Shown here: positions 1 to 12,875 of the stretch, one piece after another
Layout: each line of letters opens with the position of its first letter
Numbering within the stretch: the first letter of the stretch is position 1
Assembly: GCF_964194025.1 (NCBI RefSeq)
Contig: NC_134470.1
Coordinates: 3,844,001 to 3,908,000, forward strand
DNA: 64,000 bases
Direction of reading: 5' to 3'
Source of the DNA: Convolutriloba macropyga
Lineage: Eukaryota
Translations under genes and position numbers: made by a program
Notes under the pieces: generated by a model
What the model saw: only the letters and a program-made list of their open reading frames with translations
Told to the model about the DNA's origin: nothing
The model's database searches: none

Positions 1-3000
1 ACTAGTTGTTTTGCGTCAAATTGAGAACTCTCTAGATAGTTTCTTTCATTTCAAGTATTTTCCATTTGTCCATTTTGTCCATATTCTGTTGTCTTCTATC
101 TGGAGTACGAGATTTCGAATTCTAAGTTCTTTTGGGTTTGTTCCTGTTTTGATCATTTCTCTCCTTGTTTGGAGAATCTCGTTTTCGATAACTCGTTCAC
201 TTGAGTTGAGTTCTTTACTTTTAAAAGCTCGTTTGCCGTAATCTTTTCACTTTTGCAAGCGAGAGTAGGATAAACCTTTTTGCATAGTCACTGTCTATTT
301 TAGCGACCAAGGTTCCACCTTTTCCTTCCCGATAATTGCATAATCTCTTTAGATCTGTGACATTCCATGTGACCCTGAGATGTTTTGCGATAGCTTTCAC
401 CACCCTTAAATTGTGTTCGTATCTGTCCTTACTATTAGTGGAGACTAGTTGTTTTGCGTCAAATTGAGAACTCTCTAGATAGTTTCTTTGATTTCAAGTA
501 TTTTCCATTTGTCCATTTTGTCCATATTCTGTTGTCTTCTATCTGGAGTACGAGATTTCGAATTCTAAGTTCTTTTGGGTTTGTTCCTGTTTTGATCATT
601 TCTCTCCTTGTTTGGAGAATCTCGTTTTCGATAACTCGTTCACTTGAGTTGAGTTCTTTACTTTTAAAAGCTCGTTTGCCGTAATCTTTTCACTTTTGGA
701 AGCGAGAGTAGGATAAACCTTTTTGCATAGTCACTGTCTATTTTAGCGACCAAGGTTCGACCTTTTCCTTCCCGATAATTGCATAATCTCTTTAGATCTG
801 TGACATTCCATGTGACTCTGAGATATTTTGCGATAGCTTTCACCACCCTTAAATTGTGTTCGTATCTGTCCTTACTATTAGTGGAGACTAGTTGTTTTGC
901 GTCAAATTGAGAACTCTCTAGATAGTTTCTTTGATTTCAAGTATTTTCCATTTGTCCATTTTGTCCATATTCTGTTGTCTTCTATCTGGAGTACGAGATT
1001 TCGAATTCTAAGTTCTTTTGGGTTTGTTCCTGTTTTGATCATTTCTCTCCTTGTTTGGAGAATCTCGTTTTCGATAACTCGTTCACTTGAGTTGAGTTCT
1101 TTACTTTTAAAAGCTCGTTTGCCGTAATCTTTTCACTTTTGCAAGCGAGAGTAGGATAAACCTTTTTGCATAGTCACTGTCATTTTTAGCGACCAAGGTT
1201 CGACCTTTTCCTTCCCGATAATTGCATAATCTCTTTAGATCTGTGACATTCCATGTGACTCTGAGATGTTTTGCGATAGCTTTCACCACCCTTAAATTGT
1301 GTTCGTATCTGTCCTTACTATTAGTGGAGACTAGTTGTTTTGCGTCAAATTGAGAACTCTCTAGATAGTTTCTTTGATTTCAAGTATTTTCCATTTGTCC
1401 ATTTTGTCCATATTCTGTTGTCTTCTATCTGGAGTACGAGATTTCGAATTCTAAGTTCTTTTGGGTTTGTTCCTGTTTTGATCATTTCTCTCCTTGTTTG
1501 GAGAATCTCGTTTTCGATAACTCGTTCACTTGAGTTGAGTTCTTTACTTTTAAAAGCTCGTTTGCCGTAATCTTTTCACTTTTGCAAGCGAGAGTAGGAT
1601 AAACCTTTTTGCATAGTCACTGTCTATTTTAGCGACCAAGGTTCGACCTTTTCCTTCCCGATAATTGCATAATCTCTTTAGATCTGTGACATTCCATGTG
1701 ACTCTGAGATGTTTTGCGATAGCTTTCACCACCCTTAAATTGTGTTCGTATCTGTCCTTACTATTAGTGGAGACTAGTTGTTTTGCGTCAAATTGAGAAC
1801 TCTCTAGATAGTTTCTTTGATTTCAAGTATTTTCCATTTGTCCATTTTGTCCATATTCTGTTGTCTTCTATCTGGAGTACGAGATTTCGAATTCTAAGTT
1901 CTTTTGGGTTTGTTCCTGTTTTGATCATTTCTCTCCTTGTTTGGAGAATCTCGTTTTCGATAACTCGTTCACTTGAGTTGAGTTCTTTACTTTTAAAAGC
2001 TCGTTTGCCGTAATCTTTTCACTTTTGCAAGCGAGAGTAGGATAAACCTTTTTGCATAGTCACTGTCTATTTTAGCGACCAAGGTTCGACCTTTTCCTTC
2101 CCGATAATTGCATAATCTCTTTAGATCTGTGACATTCCATGTGACTCTGAGATGTTTTGCGATAGCTTTCACCACCCTTAAATTGTGTTCGTATCTGTCC
2201 TTACTATTAGTGGAGACTAGTTGTTTTGCGTCAAATTGAGAACTCTCTAGATAGTTTCTTTGATTTCAAGTATTTTCCATTTGTCCATTTTGTCCATATT
2301 CTGTTGTCTTCTATCTGGAGTACGAGATTTCGAATTCTAAGTTCTTTTGGGTTTGTTCCTGTTTTGATCATTTCTCTCCTTGTTTGGAGAATCTCGTTTT
2401 CGATAACTCGTTCACTTGAGTTGAGTTCTTTACTTTTAAAAGCTCGTTTGCCGTAATCTTTTCACTTTTGCAAGCGAGAGTAGGATAAACCTTTTTGCAT
2501 AGTCACTGTCATTTTTAGCGACCAAGGTTCGACCTTTTCCTTCCCGATAATTGCATAATCTCTTTAGATCTGTGACATTCCATGTGACTCTGAGATGTTT
2601 TGCGATAGCTTTCACCACCCTTAAATTGTGTTCGTATCTGTCCTTACTATTAGTGGAGACTAGTTGTTTTGCGTCAAATTGAGAACTCTCTAGATAGTTT
2701 CTTTGATTTCAAGTATTTTCCATTTGTCCATTTTGTCCATATTCTGTTGTCTTCTATCTGGAGTACGAGATTTCGAATTCTAAGTTCTTTTGGGTTTGTT
2801 CCTGTTTTGATCATTTCTCTCCTTGTTTGGAGAATCTCGTTTTCGATAACTCGTTCACTTGAGTTGAGTTCTTTACTTTTAAAAGCTCGTTTGCCGTAAT
2901 CTTTTCACTTTTGCAAGCGAGAGTAGGATAAACCTTTTTGCATAGTCACTGTCTATTTTAGCGACCAAGGTTCGACCTTTTCCTTCCCGATAATTGCATA

Positions 3001-6000
3001 ATCTCTTTAGATCTGTGACATTCCATGTGACTCTGAGATGTTTTGCGATAGCTTTCACCACCCTTAAATTGTGTTCGTATCTGTCCTTACTATTAGTGGA
3101 GACTAGTTGTTTTGCGTCAAATTGAGAACTCTCTAGATAGTTTCTTTGATTTCAAGTATTTTCCATTTGTCCATTTTGTCCATATTCTGTTGTCTTCTAT
3201 CTGGAGTACGAGATTTCGAATTCTAAGTTCTTTTGGGTTTGTTCCTGTTTTGATCATTTCTCTCCTTGTTTGGAGAATCTCGTTTTCGATAACTCGTTCA
3301 CTTGAGTTGAGTTCTTTACTTTTAAAAGCTCGTTTGCCGTAATCTTTTCACTTTTGCAAGCGAGAGTAGGATAAACCTTTTTGCATAGTCACTGTCTATT
3401 TTAGCGACCAAGGTTCGACCTTTTCCTTCCCGATAATTGCATAATCTCTTTAGATCTGTGACATTCCATGTGACTCTGAGATGTTTTGCGATAGCTTTCA
3501 CCACCCTTAAATTGTGTTCGTATCTGTCCTTACTATTAGTGGAGACTAGTTGTTTTGCGTCAAATTGAGAACTCTCTAGATAGTTTCTTTGATTTCAAGT
3601 ATTTTCCATTTGTCCATTTTGTCCATATTCTGTTGTCTTCTATCTGGAGTACGAGATTTCGAATTCTAAGTTCTTTTGGGTTTGTTCCTGTTTTGATCAT
3701 TTCTCTCCTTGTTTGGAGAATCTCGTTTTCGATAACTCGTTCACTTGAGTTGAGTTCTTTACTTTTAAAAGCTCGTTTGCCGTAATCTTTTCACTTTTGC
3801 AAGCGAGAGTAGGATAAACCTTTTTGCATAGTCACTGTCTATTTTAGCGAACAAGGTTCGACCTTTTCCTTCCCGATAATTGCATAATCTATTTAGATCT
3901 GTGACATTCCATGTGACTCTGAGATGTTTTGCGATAGCTTTCACCACCCTTAAATTGTGTTCGTATCTGTCCTTACTATTATTGGAGACTAGTTGTTTTG
4001 CGTCAAATTGAGAACTCTCTAGATAGTTTCTTTGATTTCAAGTATTTTCCATTTGTCCATTTTGTCCATATTCTGTTGTCTTCTATCTGGAGTACGAGAT
4101 TTCGAATTCTAAGTTCTTTTGGGTTTGTTCCTGTTTTGATCATTTCTCTCCTTGTTTGGAGAATCTCGTTTTCGATAACTCGTTCACTTGAGTTGAGTTC
4201 TTTACTTTTAAAAGCTCGTTTGCCGTAATCTTTTCACTTTTGCAAGCCAGAGTAGGATAAACCTTTTTGCATAGTCACTGTCTATTTTAGCGACCAAGGT
4301 TCGACCTTTTCCTTCCCGATAATTGCATAATCTCTTTAGATCTGTGACATTCCATGTGACTCTGAGATGTTTTGCGATAGCTTTCACCACCCTTAAATTG
4401 TGTTCGTATCTGTCCTTACTATTAGTGGAGACTAGTTGTTTTGCGTCAAATTGAGAACTCTCTAGATAGTTTCTTTGATTTCAAGTATTTTCCATTTGTC
4501 CATTTTGTCCATATTCTGTTGTCTTCTATCTGGAGTACGAGATTTCGAATTCTAAGTTCTTTTGGGTTTGTTCCTGTTTTGATCATTTCTCTCCTTGTTT
4601 GGAGAATCTCGTTTTCGATAACTCGTTCACTTGAGTTGAGTTCTTTACTTTTAAAAGCTCGTTTGCCGTAATCTTTTCACTTTTGCAAGCGAGAGTAGGA
4701 TAAACCTTTTTGCATAGTCACTGTCTATTTTAGCGACCAAGGTTCGACCTTTTCCTTCCCGATAATTGCATAATCTCTTTAGATCTGTGACATTCCATGT
4801 GACTCTGAGATGTTTTGCGATAGCTTTCACCACCCTTAAATTGTGTTCGTATCTGTCCTTACTATTAGTGGAGACTAGTTGTTTTGCGTCAAATTGAGAA
4901 CTCTCTAGATAGTTTCTTTGATTTCAAGTATTTTCCATTTGTCCATTTTGTCCATATTCTGTTGTCTTCTATCTGGAGTACGAGATTTCGAATTCTAAGT
5001 TCTTTTGGGTTTTTACCTGTTTTGATCATTTCTCTCCTTGTTTGGAGAATCTCGTTTTCGATAACTCGTTCACTTGAGTTGAGTTCTTTACTTTTAAAAG
5101 CTCGTTTGCCGTAATGTTTTCACTTTTGCAAGCGAGAGTAGGATAAACCTTTTTGCATAGTCACTGTCTATTTTAGCGACCAAGGTTCGACCTTTTCCTT
5201 CCCGATAATTGCATAATCTCTTTAGATCTGTGACATTCCATGTGACTCTGAGATGTTTTGCGATAGCTTTCACCACCCTTAAATTGTGTTCGTATCTGTC
5301 CTTACTATTAGTGGAGACTAGTTGTTTTGCGTCAAATTGAGAACTCTCTAGATAGTTTCTTTGATTTCAAGTATTTTCCATTTGTCCATTTTGTCCATAT
5401 TCTGTTGTCTTCTATCTGGAGTACGAGATTTCGAATTCTAAGTTCTTTTGGGTTTGTTCCTGTTTTGATCATTTCTCTCCTTGTTTGGAGAATCTCGTTT
5501 TCGATAACTCGTTCACTTGAGTTGAGTTCTTTACTTTTAAAAGCTCGTTTGCCGTAATCTTTTCACTTTTGCAAGCGAGAGTAGGATAAACCTTTTTGCA
5601 TAGTCACTGTCTATTTTAGCGACCAAGGTTCGACCTTTTCCTTCCCGATAATCGCATAATCTCTTTAGATCTGTGACATTCCATGTGACTCTGAGATGTT
5701 TTGCGATAGCTTTCACCACCCTTAAATTGTGTTCGTATCTGTTCTTACTATTAGTGGAGACTAGTTGTTTTGCGTCAAATTGAGAACTCTCTAGATAGTT
5801 TCTTTGATTTCAAGTATTTTCCATTTGTCCATTTTGTCCATATTCTGTTGTCTTCTATCTGGAGTACGAGATTTCGAATTCTAAGTTCTTTTGGGTTTGT
5901 TCCTGTTTTGATCATTTCTCTCCTTGTTTGGAGAATCTCGTTTTCGATAACTCGTTCACTTGAGTTGAGTTCTTTACTTTTAAAAGCTCGTTTGCCGTAA

Positions 6001-9000
6001 TCTTTTCACTTTTGCAAGCGAGAGTAGGATAAACCTTTTTGCATAGTCGCTGTCTATTTTAGCGACCAAGGTTCGACCTTTTCCTTCCCGATAATTGCAT
6101 AATCTCTTTAGATCTGTGACATTCCATGTGACTCTGAGATGTTTTGCGATAGCTTTCACCACCCTTAAATTGTGTTCGTATCTGTCCTTACTATTAGTGG
6201 AGACTAGTTGTTTTGCGTCAAATTGAGAACTCTCTAGATAGTTTCTTTGATTTCAAGTATTTTCCATTTGTCCATTTTGTCCATATTCTGTTGTCTTCTA
6301 TCTGGAGTACGAGATTTCGAATTCTAAGTTCTTTTGGGTTTGTTCCTGTTTTGATCATTTCTCTCCTTGTTTGGAGAATCTCGTTTTCGATAACTCGTTC
6401 ACTTGAGTTGAGTTCTTTACTTTTAAAAGCTCGTTTGCCGTAATCTTTTCACTTTTGCAAGCGAGAGTAGGATAAACCTTTTTGCATAGTCACTGTCTAT
6501 TTTAGCGACCAAGGTTCGACCTTTTCCTTCCCGATAATTGCATAATCTCTTTAGATCTGTGACATTCCATGTGACTCTGAGATGTTTTGCGATAGCTTTC
6601 ACAACCCTTAAATTGTGTTCGTATCTGTCCTTACTATTAGTGGAGACTAGTTGTTTTGCGTCAAATTGAGAACTCTCTAGATAGTTTCTTTGATTTCAAG
6701 TATTTTCCATTTGTCCATTTTGTCCATATTCTGTTGTCTTCTATCTGGAGTACGAGATTTCGAATTCTAAGTTCTTTTGGGTTTGTTCCTGTTTTGATCA
6801 TTTCTCTCCTTGTTTGGAGAATCTCGTTTTCGATAACTCGTTCACTTGAGTTGAGTTCTTTACTTTTAAAAGCTCGTTTGCCGTAATCTTTTCACTTTTG
6901 CAAGCGAGAGTAGGATAAACCTTTTTGCATAGTCACTGTCTATTTTAGCGACCAAGGTTCGACCTTTTCCTTCCCGATAATTGCATAATCTCTTTAGATC
7001 TGTGACATTCCATGTGACTCTGAGATGTTTTGCGATAGCTTTCACCACCCTTAAATTGTGTTCGTATCTGTCCTTACTATTAGTGGAGACTAGTTGTTTT
7101 GCGTCAAATTGAGAACTCTCTAGATAGTTTCTTTGATTTCAAGTATTTTCCATTTGTCCATTTTGTCCATATTCTGTTGTCTTCTATCTGGAGTACGAGA
7201 TTTCGAATTCTAAGTTCTTTTGGGTTTGTTCCTGTTTTGATCATTTCTCTCCTTGTTTGGAGAATCTCGTTTTCGATAACTCGTTCACTTGAGTTGAGTT
7301 CTTTACTTTTAAAAGCTCGTTTGCCGTAATCTTTTCACTTTTGCAAGCGAGAGTAGGATAAACCTTTCTGCATAGTCACTGTCTATTTTAGCGACCAAGG
7401 TTCGACCTTTTCCTTCCCGATAATTGCATAATCTCTTTAGATCTGTGACATTCCATGTGACTCTGAGATGTTTTGCGATAGCTTTCACCACCCTTAAATT
7501 GAGTTCGTATCTGTCCTTACTATTAGTGGAGACTAGTTGTTTCGCGTCAAATTGAGAACTCTCTAGATAGTTTCTTTGATTTCAAGTATTTTCCATTTGT
7601 CCATTTTGTCCATATTCTGTTGTCTTCTATCTGGAGTACGAGATTTCGAATTCTAAGTTCTTTTGGGTTTGTTCCTGTTTTGATCATTTCTCTCCTTGTT
7701 AGGAGAATCTCGTTTTCGATAACTCGTTCACTTGAGTTGAGTTCTTTACTTTTAAAAGCTCGTTTGCCGTAATCTTTTCACTTTTGCAAGCGAGAGTAGG
7801 ATAAACATTTTTGCATAGTCACTGTCTATTTTAGCGACCAAGGTTCGACCTTTTCCTTCCCGATAATTGCATAATCTCTTTAGATCTGTGACATTCCATG
7901 TGACTCTGAGATGTTTTGCGATAGCTTTCACCACCCTTAAATTGTGTTCGTATCTGTCCTTACTATTAGTGGAGACTAGTTGTTTCGCGTCAAATTGAGA
8001 ACTCTCTAGATAGTTTCTTTGATTTCAAGTATTTTCCATTTGTCCATTATGTCCATATTCTGTTGTCTTCTATCTGGAGTACGAGATTTCGAATTCTAAG
8101 TTCTTTTGGGTTTGTTCCTGTTTTGATCATTTCTCTCCTTGTTTGGAGAATCTCGTTTTCGATAACTCGTTCACTTGAGTTGAGTTCTTTACTTTTAAAA
8201 GCTCGTCTGCCGTAATCTTTTCACTTTTGCAAGCGAGAGTAGGATAAACCTTTTTGCATAGTCACTGTCTATTTTAGCGACCAAGGTTCGACCTTTTCCT
8301 TCCCGATAATTGCATAATCTCTTTAGATCTGTGACATTCCATGTGACTCTGAGATGTTTTGCGATAGCTTTCACCACCCTTAAATTGTGTTCGTATCTGT
8401 CCTTACTATTAGTGGAGACTAGTTGTTTTGCGTCAAATTGAGAACTCTCTAGATAGTTTCTTTGATTTCAAGTATTTTCCATTTGTCCATTTTGTCCATA
8501 TTCTGTTGTCTTCTATCTGGAGTACGAGATTTCGAATTCTAAGTTCTTTTGGGTTTGTTCCTGTTTTGATCATTTCTCTCCTTGTTTGGAGAATCTCGTT
8601 TTCGATAACTCGTTCACTTGAGTTGAGTTCTTTACTTTTAAAAGCTCGTTTGCCGTAATCTTTTCACTTTTGCAAGCGAGAGTAGGATAAACCTTTTTGC
8701 ATAGTCACTGTCTATTTTAGCGACCAAGGTTCGACCTTTTCCTTCCCGATAATTGCATAATCTCTTTAGATCTGTGACATTCCATGTGACTCTGAGATGT
8801 TTTGCGATAGCTTTCACCACCCTTAAATTGTGTTCGTATCTGTCCTTACTATTAGTGGAGACTAGTTGTTTTGCGTCAAATTGAGAACTCTCTAGATAGT
8901 TTCTTTGATTTCAAGTATTTTCCATTTGTCCATTTTGTCCATATTCTGTTGTCTTCTATCTGGAGTACGAGATTTCGAATTCTAAGTTCTTTTGGGTTTG

Positions 9001-10638
9001 TTCCTGTTTTGATCATTTCTCTCCTTGTTTGGAGAATCTCGTTTTCGATAACTCGTTCACTTGAGTTGAGTTCTTTACTTTTAAAAGCTCGTCTGCCGTA
9101 ATCTTTTCACTTTTGCAAGCGAGAGTAGGATAAACCTTTTTGCATAGTCACTGTCTATTTTAGCGACCAAGGTTCGACCTTTTCCTTCCCGATAATTGCA
9201 TAATCTCTTTAGATCTGTGACATTCCATGTGACTCTGAGATGTTTTGCGATAGCTTTCACCACCCTTAAATTGTGTTCGTATCTGTCCTTACTATTAGTG
9301 GAGACTAGTTGTTTTGCGTCAAATTGAGAACTCTCTAGATAGTTTCTTTGATTTCAAGTATTTTCCATTTGTCCATTTTGTCCATATTCTGTTGTCTTCT
9401 ATCTGGAGTACGAGATTTCGAATTCTAAGTTCTTTTGGGTTTGTTCCTGTTTTGATCATTTCTCTCCTTGTTTGGAGAATCTCGTTTTCGATAACTCGTT
9501 CACTTGAGTTGAGTTCTTTACTTTTAAAAGCTCGTTTGCCGTAATCTTTTCACTTTTGCAAGCGAGAGTAGGATAAACCTTTTTGCATAGTCACTGTCTA
9601 TTTTAGCGACCAAGGTTCGACCTTTTCCTTCCCGATAATTGCATAATCTCTTTAGATCTGTGACATTCCATGTGACTCTGAGATGTTTTGCGATAGCTTT
9701 CACCACCCTTAAATTGTGTTCGTATCTGTCCTTACTATTAGTGGAGACTAGTTGTTTTGCGTCAAATTGAGAACTCTCTAGATAGTTTCTTTGATTTCAA
9801 ATATTTTCCATTTGTCCATTTTGTCCATATTCTGTTGTCTTCTATCTGGAGTACGAGATTTCGAATTCTAAGTTCTTTTGGGTTTGTTCCTGTTTTGATC
9901 ATTTCTCTCCTTGTTTGGAGAATCTCGTTTTCGATAACTCGTTCACTTGAGTTGAGTTCTTTACTTTTAAAAGCTCGTTTGCCGTAATCTTTTCACTTTT
10001 GCAAGCGAGAGTAGGATAAACCTTTTTGCATAGTCACTGTCTATTTTAGCGACCAAGGTTCGACCTTTTCCTTCCCGATAATTGCATAATCTCTTTAGAT
10101 CTGTGACATTCCATGTGACTCTGAGATGTTTTGCGATAGCTTTCACCACCCTTAAATTGTGTTCGTGTCTGTCCTTACTATTAGTGGAGACTAGTTGTTT
10201 TGCGTCAAATTGAGAACTCTCTAGATAGTTTCTTTGATTTCAAATATTTTCCATTTGTCCATTTTGTCCATATTCTGTTGTCTTCTATCTGGAGTACGAG
10301 ATTTCGAATTCTAAGTTCTTTTGGGTTTGTTCCTGTTTTGATCATTTCTCTCCTTGTTTGGAGAATCTCGTTTTCGATAACTCGTTCACTTGAGTTGAGT
10401 TCTTTACTTTTAAAAGCTCGTTTGCCGTAATCTTTTCACTTTTGCAAGCGAGAGTAGGATAAACCTTTTTGCATAGTCACTGTCTATTTTAGCGACCAAG
10501 GTTCGACCTTTTCCTTCCCGATAATTGCATAATCTCTTTAGATCTGTGACATTCCATGTGACTCTGAGATGTTTTGCGATAGCTTTCACCACCCTTAAAT
10601 TGTGTTCGTATCTGTCCTTACTATTAGTGGAGACTAGT
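1..10638 (-). repeat. Tandem array of 24 x 443-bp units derived from a LINE ORF1 C-terminal half plus a ~60-bp ORF2 piece
   Basis: ACTAGT recurs every 443 bp (1, 444 ... 10633), with no indels and 0-3 substitutions per unit. The minus strand, allowing one frameshift, reads LVSTNSKDRYEHNLRVVKAIAKHLRVTWNVTDLKRLCNYREGKGRTLVAKIDSDYAKRFILLSLAKVK/DYGKRAFKSKELNSSERVIENEILQTRREMIKTGTNPKELRIRNLVLQ, the pattern of a CR1/L2-group ORF1p RRM/CTD. The array may continue left of the window. Confidence 0.93.
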
Positions 10639-10960
10639 TCAGGATGCCTCTGAATCGGATATCGTCATACTATTCCTTTTTCAGGTCATAGTATTCCGTC
10701 ATAATATTCCTTTTTCCGTTTTTCTTTGTGTTTGAGGAGCATCTACAGGTTTTGGTTCTGATGGCGGGGGTTGTACACTTTTAATTTCAATAGCACTTTT
10801 AATCGCTTTAAGCTGGTTCCCAATTAATTTTGCTTCCCCTCTTATTTCTACAACTTCCTGTTTTAGCTCTCTCAAGGTTTTGTCAGTCCTCGAGCTAACT
10901 ATTACATCAAGTATCTTGTCCTTCTTTTTTTTTAGCTCTAGGTTCTTTTGGCATATTAAG
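10639..10960 (-). pseudogene. Single-copy upstream part of the same LINE ORF1 (coiled coil, Pro-rich linker, DIRFRGI motif)
   Basis: Minus strand KTLRELKQEVVEIRGEAKLIGNQLKAIKSAIEIK...PPPSEPKP, then DIRFRGI(P)E running directly into the last array unit after a 1-nt frameshift. Confidence 0.75.
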
Positions 10961-12301
10961 AGAATTTTTTGCATAATACTACTGATGCCAATATTTGAAA
11001 GAGCGCAATAATCTAAATGCGATAACACAATCGAGTTAAAATTTTCCAAAATGTTAGTTGGGAGTTCAATTCTTAAAAATTTTATGGTTTTATCTCCTAC
11101 AGCCATCACCTCTATACATTTTTACTTGAGATTGATACAAGAGTTATGTATCAATTTTTATGCCAAGGAGCTTGCGTCGCTTATTTCAGAAACGGATTTA
11201 TTGTGAACTATTGAAGTTCCGAATCATTGGTTTTAAATTCAAAGCTTGCCTTAACATGGATAACTTACCTTAACAGGGCCTAACATGTATAGTTTTTTGT
11301 TATCAATTTTTTTCAAATGACTTGGTCAGAAAGATTAAGTCATCACTAACTGAATATTTTTTTCAGAAACAAACTGTTCATTACTCATCATTTTATGCTT
11401 CAGAAGATAATCTGAATCAGTTTTTTAATGTCAATCATTTGGGTCTGCAGCTTATCAATAAAGATAGGTCTGTAGTTATTAACATTCAGCGGACAGATCC
11501 ACATTTTAAAATAGAAGGTTAACATTAGCAACTTTTGCTTGGCTCTAAATAATTTTGTTGTCAAAAGTTATCGTTGAATATTACAATGTTACGTGCATCC
11601 TTTACCCATTTTTCATTTTTAATTGCCCACGAAGGAACTGATCATGGTTCTAAAGGCTTATTTGAATTCATCATACACATATAAGAGAACCTTTAACCCT
11701 TCTCTCAATTTTGAAAACCGAATAGTTCTCAATCATTTGTGTTCATTGTAATTAGAGATGCTTTTGTTCCTGTATGGTGGTCCAAGTCAGCAAATAAGAA
11801 ATTCAGAAATTCAGCTGATTTATAATCGATGTAATCATGTCCTCCAAAGAGTTCCTTAAAAGTTTAAATTTGTTAGAGACCTGCAAGGAGCCGTTCAATC
11901 TGTTGATAAAAATCCACTTGTCTTTTATGTTTTGGATTATTTTAAAAACGTGTGTAGCATGATTGTTTTGCGTCAAATTGAGAACTATCTAGACATTTTC
12001 TCTGATTTCAAGTTTTTAGGTTTTTTATTGACAGCAAGGTTTTTTAAAGAAGAAACTAATTTTCTCTGGCGCTTTTTCAAAGCCAATAAACGTTCGACAT
12101 TGTACCATTTGCTTTTCAAAATGCACAAAAACTTCTCTTTCATAATTTAAGACCCTGGTTGCATGCTGTTTGTTATATAATGACTGTGAGTATTTTCTGT
12201 TTGTATCTAACTATTTAACTAATTGTACTTTTCAGACTAATGTTGAATAAAGGCCTCACCCTAAAGCCTGTCTTCAAAACAATTTTTTTCAACGTTCCCG
12301 A

Positions 12302-12875
12302 ATGCGATTCCACACATTGAAACCGTCTGCAGCTAATCTAATAATTGTTGATTCTCAGACATCGAAACTATCTATCCCAAATTTCAACATCTTTACGTTA
12401 CTCGGGGGGAAGACTTGTCACGTTATCGATTTTCTGCCCACCAAAGGTCAATTTAAGAAAGTGGTCCAACTCATCGGTGCCAACTGCTTGTTTGACAAAA
12501 ACAAAAACCGGTTATCGACACTAATTGACGTCGCAGACTGTTTGGTGGAGTTAGCAAAAAACTGGTTATAATTGGGTCAACTCCACGATTTACCCAAACC
12601 GAGCGAACGGCTGCTGTTACATGTATCCTTAGCGAGAAGGCGAAATCCAGCAAGTGTATAATTCGTTCGCTCACAAGATCAATCTCAGCATCAATCTTAT
12701 CCAGAACGATCAAGTACATTTGAGTGATGGCGGACTGAGGCAAATAAGAAGCATCCTGGAAAACAAAGTTCTTTATTCAAAAGTTTCAACGTCCATCGAC
12801 AAGGCAGGTCACTCTCCAACTCTCACCTGCCAAGAACGCTGTAGCTCTGGTCTGTATAGAACAAAAGTATGGTGA
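12302..12875 (+). pseudogene. Frameshifted SGNH/GDSL hydrolase-like ORF between the 5' LTR and gag
   Basis: Motif blocks in the expected order: LIIVDSQ (one base from LIIGDSQ), TLLGG, VVQLIGANCL (GxN), and NDQVHLSDGG (DxxH), spread over ORFs 12302-12571 and 12654-12875. Confidence 0.65.

Noticed and set aside
11-10430. Repeated 76-aa plus-strand ORF as a tandem multigene family of membrane peptides
   Set aside because: It starts at TTG, and its hydrophobicity is what the antisense of an A-rich LINE ORF1 produces. The meaningful frame is on the minus strand and is frameshifted.
1-10638. CRISPR array, or a 5S rRNA, SL RNA or snRNA tandem cluster
   Set aside because: There are no unique spacers and no recognisable RNA-gene sequence. 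The whole unit is explained by LINE coding sequence.
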